Positions 50,052 through 59,699 of a stretch of 64,000 nucleotides of DNA are shown here, one piece after another. The stretch spans positions 1 to 64,000 of the IMG/VR virus record IMGVR_UViG_3300050821_009835; one strand, written 5' to 3'. Under the pieces are notes generated by a model. The model made no database searches and was not told the DNA's origin. It saw nothing but the letters and a program-made list of their open reading frames with translations. The translations under genes were made by a program, and so were the position numbers. The first letter of the stretch is position 1. Every line of letters begins with the position of its first letter.

Positions 50052-51267
50052 TAAAATTAGTTTCTATACTATCTTTCTTTGTAGTATATGGAGCAGAAAT
50101 ACACCTACAAGTTTCGTCTGTACCCAACAAAGGAACAGGAGATTCTCCTGAACAAGCACTTCGGGGCCGTGCGCTGGGTGTGGAACCATTTCCTTGAACG
50201 GAGGCAACGTTTCTATTTAGAAGCCAAAGAGAAGCAGCTTGCTAAGAAGCAACTGTATTATGCAGAGAATTGCTCAGAAGTTGTAAGTCTCAAGAAGTCC
50301 CCAGAAACTCAGTGGTTAAGAGAAGTGGGTGCTCAAAGCCTTCAACAATCGTTGAAAAATCTGGACGCAGCTTATAACAATTTCTTCAAAAAACGAGCCC
50401 AATTCCCTAAATTCAAATGCCGTCACGGGAAGAACACCTTTCGGGACCCACAAGGGGTAGAAGTAGACGACGAGAAACTATACATTGCTAAATTTTCTGA
50501 AGGTATAAAAACAGATAACCACAGAAAAGTGGAAGGGAGAATTAAGCACGCCACAGTAAGTAAGTCTAAATCAGGTAGATATTTTGCTGCGATTATGGTG
50601 GAGCGAGAAATAGCCGGGTTACCTTTAGCAAATTCTCAGATCGGTGTCGATCTAGGATTAACTGATCTGGTAGTAACATCTTCTGGTAGAAAGTACGGAC
50701 GATTAAAAATCCCCAAGAACCTACTTCGAATTCGTCAAAAAGCAATTTCACGAGCAAAGAAAGGCAGTCGAACTCGAGAGAAGGCTCGCTTGACCTTAGC
50801 TCGTTTGCACGAAAAAATTAACAATCGGAGAAGTGATTTCCTCCATAAGATTTCTCGAGAACTTATTGATGAGAACCAAGTCATAGTTTTAGAGAGTTTT
50901 AACGTTAAAGGCATGATGCAAAATCATCACTTGGCTGGGGCTATAGGTAACGCGGCTTGGTCGGATTTTGTCACTATGCTGAAATACAAAGCTGCATGGT
51001 ACGGAAGACAAATTGTTCAAATAGACCGCTGGTTTCCATCGTCGAAGACGTGTGGAAGCTGTGGGTATGTTTTGGAGAGTTTGCCCCTATCTGCCAGATC
51101 TTGGGTTTGTTTCAAATGTGGAAGCAAACATGACCGAGATATCAATGCAGCGAGTAATATACTGAAGCAGGGATTAAATCTGCTTTCCGTGGGAACCACG
51201 GTTTAGCCGTCTGTCTTGGGTTGAAGTAAGACCTGATTGGGGCGGAATCCATGAAATGGAAGTTCAC
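50052..51267 (+). mobile_element. TnpB-only IS200/605-like element (no tnpA); left boundary approximate
   Basis: Right-end-like features: CCGTGG-GAA-CCACGG (51187-51201), GTCTTG..TAAGAC hairpin, and TCCAT-GAA-ATGGA followed by AGTTCAC (ends 51267). Confidence 0.6.
50088..51206 (+). CDS. tnpB: IS200/IS605-family TnpB RNA-guided nuclease, catalytically intact
   Basis: HTH YKFRLYPT.EQ, RuvC-I GVDLG, RuvC-II VLES, Zn finger CGSCG..CFKCG, RuvC-III HDRDINAA. Confidence 0.95.
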   Translation: MEQKYTYKFRLYPTKEQEILLNKHFGAVRWVWNHFLERRQRFYLEAKEKQLAKKQLYYAENCSEVVSLKKSPETQWLREVGAQSLQQSLKNLDAAYNNFFKKRAQFPKFKCRHGKNTFRDPQGVEVDDEKLYIAKFSEGIKTDNHRKVEGRIKHATVSKSKSGRYFAAIMVEREIAGLPLANSQIGVDLGLTDLVVTSSGRKYGRLKIPKNLLRIRQKAISRAKKGSRTREKARLTLARLHEKINNRRSDFLHKISRELIDENQVIVLESFNVKGMMQNHHLAGAIGNAAWSDFVTMLKYKAAWYGRQIVQIDRWFPSSKTCGSCGYVLESLPLSARSWVCFKCGSKHDRDINAASNILKQGLNLLSVGTTV

Positions 51268-51286
51268 AAGAAGGAAGTCGCGACCA

Positions 51287-52996
51287 GTGAGTGAACAAAC
51301 AGCAACAATCATAGCAGCCCTTCAAGCTGATAAAATTCTCCAGGGCAGTTTTATTCTAAAGCAAATTGACGACTTAAAGAATAATCTCCGTTATCGTACA
51401 GATGGTACTTATCTGTCATTTGACGATATGTGGCTAAGTCTTGAAGCACAGATTGACGGGTGCCCAAAGCTGAAATTGGAGACAGCCGTTCCCACCGGAA
51501 CTGAGAATCAATACATTGTCAAATTGGTTCAAATTTTGGAACAGGCCTTAGACGACACTGACCGAGTCGGCCAGAAGATTATCCATTTTGAGTCTAAGTT
51601 AAAGGATGCCAATAGCCAGATCAAGACTCTCCGTGGTGCATTCGTGGTTTGGTACACACTGGCTGCGTTCGAGATTCTATCACAACGGGGTATTACACTT
51701 CCAACGACTAATCTGAGACCGCTGGCCGAGTCTGAATTCGCTCGATTGATGGGTGGAACTGTACAGACTGTTGAGTCATTGCTTGGGGCGGTTAAAGCAT
51801 CCATAGATCGTCTGAAACTTCACAAGAAAACTCAGCAAGAGAAGTTTGATTTGGGTAAAGATCAGGCTAATGCAAGTTGGACTAGCAGTTTTCCTGCCTT
51901 TGGTTCCACAATAGGTGAATCGGAACCCGAGCAAACTGAAGAGGTGGAAGAACCCGCAGATGAAGATACCCCCGCTTTTATGACTATAACGCCTAAAGTG
52001 ATCCCAGCGCCCGTTTATCGTCAAGCATCAAATGGTGGGGTAGAAACTAGCGAAGGCGTTCCTGTTGTTCGCGGGGATGAAAATGGCCTGCCTAAATTGG
52101 TTATCAGCAATGCTCCAGTAGCAGTTCAGACTTTTCAAGGCGCACCAGGCCCATCTTTAACTGTTGCTGTTGTCCCGGATGAGAAATATGACGCTCTTAA
52201 AGAAGCTGTCAAGGCAGGCCCAGTAGACGCTCAACAATTCGCTGCTTTATTGAGCGACGAACCTGTCAAATTGAAACCAGCCAAGATTACAAAAGATCCA
52301 AGCACGATCAAAGCGAAAAATACGGCTATTCTGACATTTGTAATGCCCGATGTTGCTATTGTAGTCGACCGTGTTAAGGATGGTTTACCAGAGAAGATTA
52401 AATGCGTTGTTTGTGATCGTCGAATTCGTGTAGGACAAAAGATGTTTGAACGAGATGGTGGTTGGGCGCACGCGGTACAAGTAGAATGCGAAACGTCGAC
52501 AAAAACAGTTAAACCTCCGCAGTTACCATTCGGAGACAGCCCAGATGCTCCTCCCCAGACGAAACCTCTTGAATCTGTCGGGCCAATTAAAGCTACTGTA
52601 GTCGGCACTGGTGACACGTCCCAGGATACCATCATCGCCCAGATGACAAAAGAGAACCCGATTATCGAGACTCTGAAGGCGAATCCTGTCCTTGCGACTT
52701 TGAATCCGACCTTAGCTGTGAAAGCGGCTATGATGCAAAGTCCCGTACCTGATGAATTAAACGACCTTCTTGACAAAGCGCGCAAGGTTACTATGTCTCC
52801 GGAAGAAACCGAAGAACAACGTCGTAGTTTCACAGCGGGGAATGTAGCTCTTGATACGGGACGTTCTTTGGAGCAAGTTCGTCAGGATGTAGATAGGGTG
52901 GCGGAAGCAATAAAGATTGACGAACCTCTTGTGTCTGAAGTACAGAATATTCCGCCGCGCAAACGGATTGCTTTTTTAGAGGATGAAGTGATATGA
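51287..52996 (+). CDS. Hypothetical protein: helical/coiled-coil N-terminus, Pro-rich linker, CxxC..H..C motif
   Basis: GTG 51287 preceded by an AGAAGGA RBS. Confidence 0.65.
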   Translation: MSEQTATIIAALQADKILQGSFILKQIDDLKNNLRYRTDGTYLSFDDMWLSLEAQIDGCPKLKLETAVPTGTENQYIVKLVQILEQALDDTDRVGQKIIHFESKLKDANSQIKTLRGAFVVWYTLAAFEILSQRGITLPTTNLRPLAESEFARLMGGTVQTVESLLGAVKASIDRLKLHKKTQQEKFDLGKDQANASWTSSFPAFGSTIGESEPEQTEEVEEPADEDTPAFMTITPKVIPAPVYRQASNGGVETSEGVPVVRGDENGLPKLVISNAPVAVQTFQGAPGPSLTVAVVPDEKYDALKEAVKAGPVDAQQFAALLSDEPVKLKPAKITKDPSTIKAKNTAILTFVMPDVAIVVDRVKDGLPEKIKCVVCDRRIRVGQKMFERDGGWAHAVQVECETSTKTVKPPQLPFGDSPDAPPQTKPLESVGPIKATVVGTGDTSQDTIIAQMTKENPIIETLKANPVLATLNPTLAVKAAMMQSPVPDELNDLLDKARKVTMSPEETEEQRRSFTAGNVALDTGRSLEQVRQDVDRVAEAIKIDEPLVSEVQNIPPRKRIAFLEDEVI

Positions 52997-53730
52997 GCTT
53001 AGGACCAATCGATATCTGCTTCAGTTGTAATATTGGCGAGTGTGATAAGTGCGATGGTTACACTATCATGAAACACGTTTGCCAGCACGGATGCAGCGTG
53101 AAAGAGTTTGTAGACAAACCTGCGCATGTTGCCTATTTGTATCTCTGGGAGTTCTATGATGAGATCGATGACGACCAACATCGGCTAGAAAAATTGACCC
53201 AAGATTATTTCGATGTGATGCAAAAAGCACCCGGATCAAGCCACAATCATCAAGCCTGGCAGGGTGGTTACTTACACCATGTCATGGAGTGCCTCAATAT
53301 TGGTGCTCAACTGTACAACACACTTAATCAGCTTCGTCCGTTACCATTCACTCGGAAAGATGCGTTGGTTGTGATGTTTTTGCACGATATTGAAAAACCA
53401 TTTAAGGACAGCCCAACGATGGTTAGCCCGCTAGGAAAATCTTGGAATGAATATTGTGAATGGGCACAAGCAACTGTTTTGGCACCTTGGAATTCATTTG
53501 ACTGGAAAATGGTACGGCGTCAGTTTAGAAAAGACATCATCAACCGTCTCGGTATTGAACTAACAAAGGAACAATGGGCAGCACTGGAATATGTAGAAGG
53601 TGAGCGGGAAGATTACACACCGGGCAAACGTTTAATGAATGAACTCTGTGCATTTTGCCATTGTATTGATGTCCTTAGTGCTCGCTTGTGGCACGATAAA
53701 GGGAAGGAACAGAAATGGCAACAGCTGTAA
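52993..53730 (+). CDS. HD-domain phosphohydrolase (YhaM-like)
   Basis: SSHNHQAWQGGYLHHV, FLHDIEK, HCIDVLSA. Confidence 0.8.
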   Translation: MSLGPIDICFSCNIGECDKCDGYTIMKHVCQHGCSVKEFVDKPAHVAYLYLWEFYDEIDDDQHRLEKLTQDYFDVMQKAPGSSHNHQAWQGGYLHHVMECLNIGAQLYNTLNQLRPLPFTRKDALVVMFLHDIEKPFKDSPTMVSPLGKSWNEYCEWAQATVLAPWNSFDWKMVRRQFRKDIINRLGIELTKEQWAALEYVEGEREDYTPGKRLMNELCAFCHCIDVLSARLWHDKGKEQKWQQL

Positions 53731-55602
53731 GTGTCTTCATCGAAATAGTCAGATTGAACAATCCTGGGCCAGTCTTGGGCTTGGTTTACTATGGCAACAA
53801 GTGCGTAGGACGTGTCCATCTAGAAGACAACGAGGGGTTAGTTTTCGTTCCTGAGGGATCCAGCCGTCTTAACGCAGAACTCTTGATTGCGATTGCAGAA
53901 ATTCTGAACCACTGGGCGAGCTAATGGCAGATACAAGACCACCTATTCCACAGAATTTTAAGTGGTATTCCGTTTGTTCTGGGCATAGTTGTACTAATCC
54001 AGAACACAACCATGGAAACTGTTTTAGATATTGCTCCGACTGCCCTCGTTGTAACACTGGTCATTGGGTTAATGACGAACTCCAAGAATTAAACAGCTGG
54101 CTGTACAAACAAAACCCAAAACTCTGGCGAAAATGGGCCAACAGAGAGACACACCCTGCGGAGCCGGGGCATGCAGCCCGTCATTTTCTGGAAAGTGTGT
54201 TTCCGAAACTGATAAAATGATCAACCTGATCGTACAACAATTCGATGGCCCCACTATAATAGATCTGGCACCTATTTTACATCTTATTGAAGGAACGGTA
54301 AACGTTCATTGGATGAATTCTCATGCTGAACAAATTCTCATAGAGAAACATCGTGGTCGAGATTTTCTTCTTCATGTTGATAATCTGACTATCATGGAAA
54401 AATCGGCTACCGCATTGGGCTTAAACTATGTTTTAGATTCGAATGTCTACCAATCTGGGTTAGCTGCCCTCATTCATCAAAAGATTGCGAACTGGCGTGC
54501 TTTTACGGAGGGTGTGGGATCTTCGGTGTCTCGTAGTATCCTTACTAGATTATCCGCTGATTCAATCCGCAAAGGTGGTCGTCCTCGATTAGCAGCAATT
54601 GCTGCGGAAAGCGTATTAGAAAATATGAATCCAATTGACGCGGACGTATTACTGCGGATTGCAGCTTTAAACGCGAGGTGATTAGTGCTCGACACTGAAG
54701 ATGCTATCTCAGAAAAATTTCTGGATATTAAGATTTTTATGCGCATTGGTTCGGATGGTCAACCTCAACTTATCCGTATGGAACCTATGGTTACGGCAGA
54801 CAACACGTTCATTCCAAGTATGGTTCGCGTATACATTGATGAAGAATCAACCCCCACAGTTTTAACCCGTGATGCGGCGTATCTAATGCTAGAAAACACA
54901 AACTGTGTACCCATTGAAGAAGCAATGCGGTATAAACATTTGATGAGGAACTGATCCATGTTAGATAGCTTATTTCTCAAATGGCAGTTTATGTCTATGG
55001 CCGACCAGGAGAACGGTAAACAGGCAGAACTTGATAATGATTACGAGATTCTGCAAGAGCAAATACGGGGGCACAAACGATGCTACGTCAATCTGGGATT
55101 GGAGGCGCAAGGCGTTTGCAATGGCTAGTATTTCAAAAATTCGAGAGGCAGTGGACAAACTTGTCGTCCCGGAGCAGCTGGGCATGAAAATGCTTGTACC
55201 CATGTCTGAAGTATTCGGTGCCCTCCGTGAATATGCCTTAAAATACGGCTACAAGATGCGAGATCTACACGAACTTAACAAGGCTACCCGTAGTCTATGA
55301 ATGATGCTATGAGTGACGCTCTTAAAGAACGAACCGAACGCGGCGAAATCATCAAAGCGTTCGATGTCAGCATTGACAATGATATCAACACTTTCGGGGA
55401 GAACATCATCGTTCTTGCTTTAGATATTACAGAGGCTCAGGTCATTGCGCACGAAGCTGTCAGTGCGTTAAATGAGATGACCAAACGGACGGACCTTCGA
55501 GTGAAGGGTGTCAATGAGCAGTGTTTCGTAGTTGCGCCGGAACTTGGGTTTAAGGTAGAAACCTGGATTGAACGTCTCAAGATTGCGTTAGAAGACGACT
55601 AA
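53715..55602 (+). CDS. Run of hypothetical ORFs (53715-53924; 53924-54220 Cys/His-rich; 54217-54681; 54685-54954; 55121-55300; 55297-55602)
   Basis: Coupled ORFs; no family recognised. Confidence 0.5.
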
Positions 55603-55715
55603 CGGAACCCATTAACATGTGGCTCAGAACCTGCCCTCTGTGTGGTCGTGAACTTCACAAAGCGACACTAAAGGAAGTTCTGCGCTGCTTGTGCGGTTGG
55701 GTTTGGGGAGCGTAA

Positions 55716-56381
55716 ATGCCTGAAACAGAACAACAAAATTGGTTCGATAAAGTTCCCACATCTCGGATTACCGACAACATTTTCTTAAGTGGCTACAAGC
55801 CCGCAGCGGATCTTTGGTCGGCGAATCCTCTTGGAATAACCCATGTTTTGAATGTCTCTACGAACGAACCATATTTGCAAGCCGAAGGTATCTCTTACAT
55901 GGATTGTCCTTTCCATGATGGCCATCCTATTCCAGAAGATAAATTTGCAGCATGCATGGCCTTTATGCAATCTGCTTGTGAAAGCGGGGGTAAGATCCTA
56001 GTGCATTGTGCCGCAGGTATATCTCGTTCTGCTACCACCGTTGCAGCATATCTGCATTACAGTAAGCAGATGGAGTTAAACGATGCTCTCACTTATATAA
56101 TGGCTTGTCGACCAATTGTGAACCCGGCTGTTGCAACGTTGAATAGTGCCCGTAAGATGTTGAGGGCATGGCCCTACGATGGGTCTATGTCGGAGGTATC
56201 GGAGGACAAGAAACTTCTGGAAGATGCAATCCTTCAATTCATCATCAACAAAGCGAAGGATTCTCACCCCAATTCAGAATGCCCAGTTCGTGTCATGTTA
56301 CTGCGTGAGAATCCTGGAAAATTGGGTGCAAATACTCCTCGTCACACCATAAAATGTAACTGTTCACCCAAATCTAAGTAA
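55716..56381 (+). CDS. Dual-specificity protein phosphatase
   Basis: ITDNIFLSG, ITHVLNV, PFHD, ILVHCAAGISRS (HCxxGxxR), RPIVNP. Confidence 0.92.
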   Translation: MPETEQQNWFDKVPTSRITDNIFLSGYKPAADLWSANPLGITHVLNVSTNEPYLQAEGISYMDCPFHDGHPIPEDKFAACMAFMQSACESGGKILVHCAAGISRSATTVAAYLHYSKQMELNDALTYIMACRPIVNPAVATLNSARKMLRAWPYDGSMSEVSEDKKLLEDAILQFIINKAKDSHPNSECPVRVMLLRENPGKLGANTPRHTIKCNCSPKSK

Positions 56382-56405
56382 TAGGGTACCTGGAGGCATA
56401 AACCA

Positions 56406-56762
56406 ATGTCTGAAGGAACAGTAACATTAGAATCAGTAAAATCCACAACGAATTGTGACGATGATTATAAGGCCCAGCAAATGGAGCAAGTTAAGGTATT
56501 CCAAGTATTCCAAACCACTCCCTGGGAACACGTTCAGTTGTTCTTACTCGCTCGATACCCGCGCCTCTTTATGTTCATTTGGGGCAGTGAAATTCTGGAC
56601 TGTCTGGAAAGTCTATATAGTCTGGACAGTCCAGAAGATCCCGAGGAATTTGAAAACAACAAAGTCATAATGAATTATTTGCGGAAGCGTTCCAATCACG
56701 CACAAATTGGCAACAAGAAATCGGTTGAGAAGATTAAACTGATTCCTCAGGCCGGGCAATAA
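56406..56762 (+). CDS. Hypothetical protein
   Basis: GGAGG RBS. Confidence 0.55.
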   Translation: MSEGTVTLESVKSTTNCDDDYKAQQMEQVKVFQVFQTTPWEHVQLFLLARYPRLFMFIWGSEILDCLESLYSLDSPEDPEEFENNKVIMNYLRKRSNHAQIGNKKSVEKIKLIPQAGQ

Positions 56763-56796
56763 AGTCAATTCCCCTACCTCTAAGTAGAGGGATTTC

Positions 56797-57339
56797 ATGC
56801 CTGTCGAGAAAGAAAAAAGCTCCAAGGGAATTGCTACAGAAATTAAGGCTCCGGGTATATATGATGCCGCAAGCAAATATACCATCTTCCTTGCTGGAGC
56901 AATTGACCAAGGAAAATCTGTCGATTGGCAAAAAGAAGTCGCTCAGGCTCTGTCTGAATTTGATATTCTCATCTTAAATCCCCGCCGTGACGACTGGGAT
57001 AGTTTGGAGCAATCGGCTGATAATGCCCAGTTTGCTCAACAAGTGACCTGGGAACATGACGCGATGAAGGCAGCAGACCTCATTATCTTCGTCTTCCTCA
57101 AAGACAGCAAAGCCCCGATTACATTCTATGAGATGGGCCGCTTCGGACGGGAGAAGACCGCGCTGGTTTGTGCCGAAGAAGGTTTCTACAGACAGGGCAA
57201 CCTCGATGTTTATTGCCGGTTGGATGACATACCAATCTACCACAACTTAGAAGCCATGCTAGAGGATCTCAAGAACGTCCTCTCGAAACATTTCGGTGGT
57301 CCGGTTGGCCCTTTCATCAATCCGAATGCAGAGGCTTAA
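56797..57339 (+). CDS. Nucleoside 2-deoxyribosyltransferase-like protein
   Basis: IFLAGAI..WQ..ILNPRRDDW..QVTWE..AD..APITFYEMG. Confidence 0.85.
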   Translation: MPVEKEKSSKGIATEIKAPGIYDAASKYTIFLAGAIDQGKSVDWQKEVAQALSEFDILILNPRRDDWDSLEQSADNAQFAQQVTWEHDAMKAADLIIFVFLKDSKAPITFYEMGRFGREKTALVCAEEGFYRQGNLDVYCRLDDIPIYHNLEAMLEDLKNVLSKHFGGPVGPFINPNAEA

Positions 57340-58174
57340 ATGCTCTTCGTCTTGACTGCGGTTGAAGGCAAAGAAGAACGTCCAGTGGCAGTTGTCGATA
57401 ACGAACAGACAGCTAACAACTGGGTTGCTGAGGGCAAAACTCACAATTGGATACCTTTTGAGCTGAACGATGTGGGTGGGTTAGGAACCTACACCCCCTT
57501 CAAGCCAGCCCCGGGATCCCCCGCTGAAGCTGAAGCCAAGAAGCGTGAACAAGAACACCAGCAGTTGCAGAAAACTCAAGAACTAGTGGGGCAGTTGCAG
57601 GAAGCCAACAAGAAATTGCTTAAAATTCTTCGCAGCAAAGGTGTTAAGATCCCCGGTTTGACTGCTAGCCAGTTGTTGACACCTGCCCATGAGTGGAGTA
57701 TTTAACAGTATGAAGAAATGCATCTTGTGCTCGGATAAGGCCAAAAAAGGCAGTGTCTACTGCACTAAGTGCGAAATTCGTGTTCACGTTTCAGGAGACA
57801 TTGCTCCCAAGGGTACATTCAAGAAAACTGTTACGGGTCGTGCCAAAGTTGTTCGCACAGCGGAGGCCTAAATGGTCGTATGGGCATGGTTTGGCTGGTG
57901 GAGAAGTTGGATTAGTATTCTGGCTGTGTATCGGTTCCTGAAAGACCCGCATGGTGTGGCTTTCCACACCACTCGTTGGGTGGGCGGAACGGTAGCGAAA
58001 CTTGCCGTTCTCGTTCTTATCATTGTAGTTTCAGCCAACATCTGGGCGTTTAGTGAGCGGTTCATTTTCCACGTACCTAAACAAGAGATCATACGAAAAA
58101 TGTATAGGATTGATGACGCCCTAGAGCACTGGAGCAGCGTCGTGGTTCAGAAGTTGAACAGAAAGTTAATATAA
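57340..58174 (+). CDS. Three hypothetical ORFs (57340-57705; 57710-57871 CxxC..CxxC; 57872-58174 membrane)
   Basis: Abutting ORFs. Confidence 0.5.
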
Positions 58175-58650
58175 TGGCATACAGCGACAAAGTGATAGAT
58201 CACTATAATAATCCACGCAACGTCGGTTCTATGGACAAGAGCAGTTCCGATGTAGGAACAGGACTGGTAGGAGCACCTGAGTGCGGCGATGTGATGAAGC
58301 TCCAGATTCGTGTCAATAAAGATACGAATGTCATTGAGGATGCCAAGTTCAAAACGTTCGGGTGTGGCAGCGCAATTGCCTCTTCCAGCCTCGCAACTGA
58401 ATGGGTGAAGGGCAAAACTATAGACGAGGCCTTTGCCATCAAGAACACTGAAATCGTAAAAGAACTGAGTCTCCCTCCAGTAAAAATCCACTGTAGTGTG
58501 CTTGCCGAGGATGCCATCCGTGCTGCTATTCACGACTGGAAACGAAAACAAGTATTAAATGAGCATGGATCTCCTCAAAACCATACTGAAAATACAGAAA
58601 GTACTGGGGCCACATCTAGCCCCGAAGCGTCTACTCTCTTTCCGTCCTAA
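58174..58650 (+). CDS. iscU: Fe-S cluster scaffold IscU (true stop probably near 58558)
   Basis: YSDKVIDHY.NPRNVG, APECGDVMKLQI, FKTFGCGSAIASSS, LPPVKIHCSVLAEDAI. Confidence 0.95.
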   Translation: MAYSDKVIDHYNNPRNVGSMDKSSSDVGTGLVGAPECGDVMKLQIRVNKDTNVIEDAKFKTFGCGSAIASSSLATEWVKGKTIDEAFAIKNTEIVKELSLPPVKIHCSVLAEDAIRAAIHDWKRKQVLNEHGSPQNHTENTESTGATSSPEASTLFPS

Positions 58651-58966
58651 GGACGCTCATTCTTCTTGGGGATGTTGCTATCCTGCAACGGAAGCTCTGT
58701 ATTATCTATGGGGGGAAGAACATGGTTTTACTCCTCACTATGTTGCCTACGAGGTTGCGCCGGGAGTTTGCACCACACATTGGTTCTTACGAGATAAGTC
58801 CAAAGTTATGTACGTTGATCCCACCGGATCTCAATTCCAGAATGGCATGCCCGATTACACTAAAGGCATTTCTTGTGGATTCTTGACTAAAAACCATCTA
58901 AACGAGCGCGACAGATTATGGAGCAGATACAACGGAGACAAGGATTACTATGAAAAGGGACATTGA
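58559..58966 (+). CDS. Phage hypothetical protein (possible -1 lesion in the A5 run at 58889-58893)
   Basis: CYPATEALYY..THWFL..DPT..QF..GFLTK. Adding one A gives GFLTKKPSKRA, which I recall (unverified) as this family's usual ending. Confidence 0.5.
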   Translation: MSMDLLKTILKIQKVLGPHLAPKRLLSFRPKDAHSSWGCCYPATEALYYLWGEEHGFTPHYVAYEVAPGVCTTHWFLRDKSKVMYVDPTGSQFQNGMPDYTKGISCGFLTKNHLNERDRLWSRYNGDKDYYEKGH

Positions 58967-59000
58967 TCGTATTAGAAGAAGTTAAAAAGAGAATTTCACA

Positions 59001-59699
59001 ATGACACTGAAAATAGAAGGTGGCACGATTAACGATACTTTATTTGACATCCCTAAATGCAGATTCTGCTCTGCTGATGCTGTAGGTCACTACAAGTTAT
59101 CAAAGGGGTGCTTTTGCTTTCCAGACGACAAGGAACAGGACTTGTGCGCTCAACACGTCGTCAGCGCCACTCCAATCGATTCATTTGAGTTAGCTCACAA
59201 ATATCCAAACAGCGATTGGTTCTACAGCCATTACAGCAGCCAAGTCAAGTCGCAGTCCTACGCTCGCATGATCATCCGAAACAAAGAAGGCAAATTCCTC
59301 ATCCTCAAGAATATCAAAGATGGAAGCAACCGTTGGGAGTTTCCGGGCGGTAAGACAGATCCTGGTGAGAACCTAGTAACAACAGCAAGACGAGAGACTG
59401 CGGAAGAGACAGGTGTCAAAGTCACGGTCTGTCGATATGTAGCAGAGAGGTTCATTCATGTAGACAGCGGAGATTGGCGAGGAGAAATCTGGGAAGCTGT
59501 GGACTGGAAAGGAGAACCGAAGATCCTCGAACCAGCCAAATTCCAGGAGATGCGCTGGGTAACCAGTGAAGAATTTGCAGGTCTACCTCAAATTCCACGC
59601 ATGGGCGTAGACTTAGCCAGGATGGTTGAAGAGCGCGACCGTGCTGAGAAAATTCTCCACGAAGTTCACGTAGAAGTCCAACCACACTCGAATTCATGA
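59001..59699 (+). CDS. Nudix hydrolase with N-terminal Cys-rich domain
   Basis: Nudix box WEFPGGKTDPGENLVTTARRETAEETGV; N-terminal CRFC..C.C..C. Confidence 0.9.
   Translation: MTLKIEGGTINDTLFDIPKCRFCSADAVGHYKLSKGCFCFPDDKEQDLCAQHVVSATPIDSFELAHKYPNSDWFYSHYSSQVKSQSYARMIIRNKEGKFLILKNIKDGSNRWEFPGGKTDPGENLVTTARRETAEETGVKVTVCRYVAERFIHVDSGDWRGEIWEAVDWKGEPKILEPAKFQEMRWVTSEEFAGLPQIPRMGVDLARMVEERDRAEKILHEVHVEVQPHSNS

Noticed and set aside
51251-51286. ATG 51251 as the start of the 581-aa ORF
   Set aside because: It lies inside the TnpB right-end hairpin and lacks an SD; GTG 51287 has AGAAGGA upstream.
45436-52833. Long antisense ORFs (45436-46332, 52231-52833) and similar shadows such as 4436-4990
   Set aside because: They overlap better-supported genes, have no RBS or motifs, and read as alternative-frame shadows.
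58559-58650. Novel C-terminal extension of IscU
   Set aside because: It overlaps the next gene by 92 nt and disappears with a 1-nt deletion that yields TAA-ATG; probably an indel.
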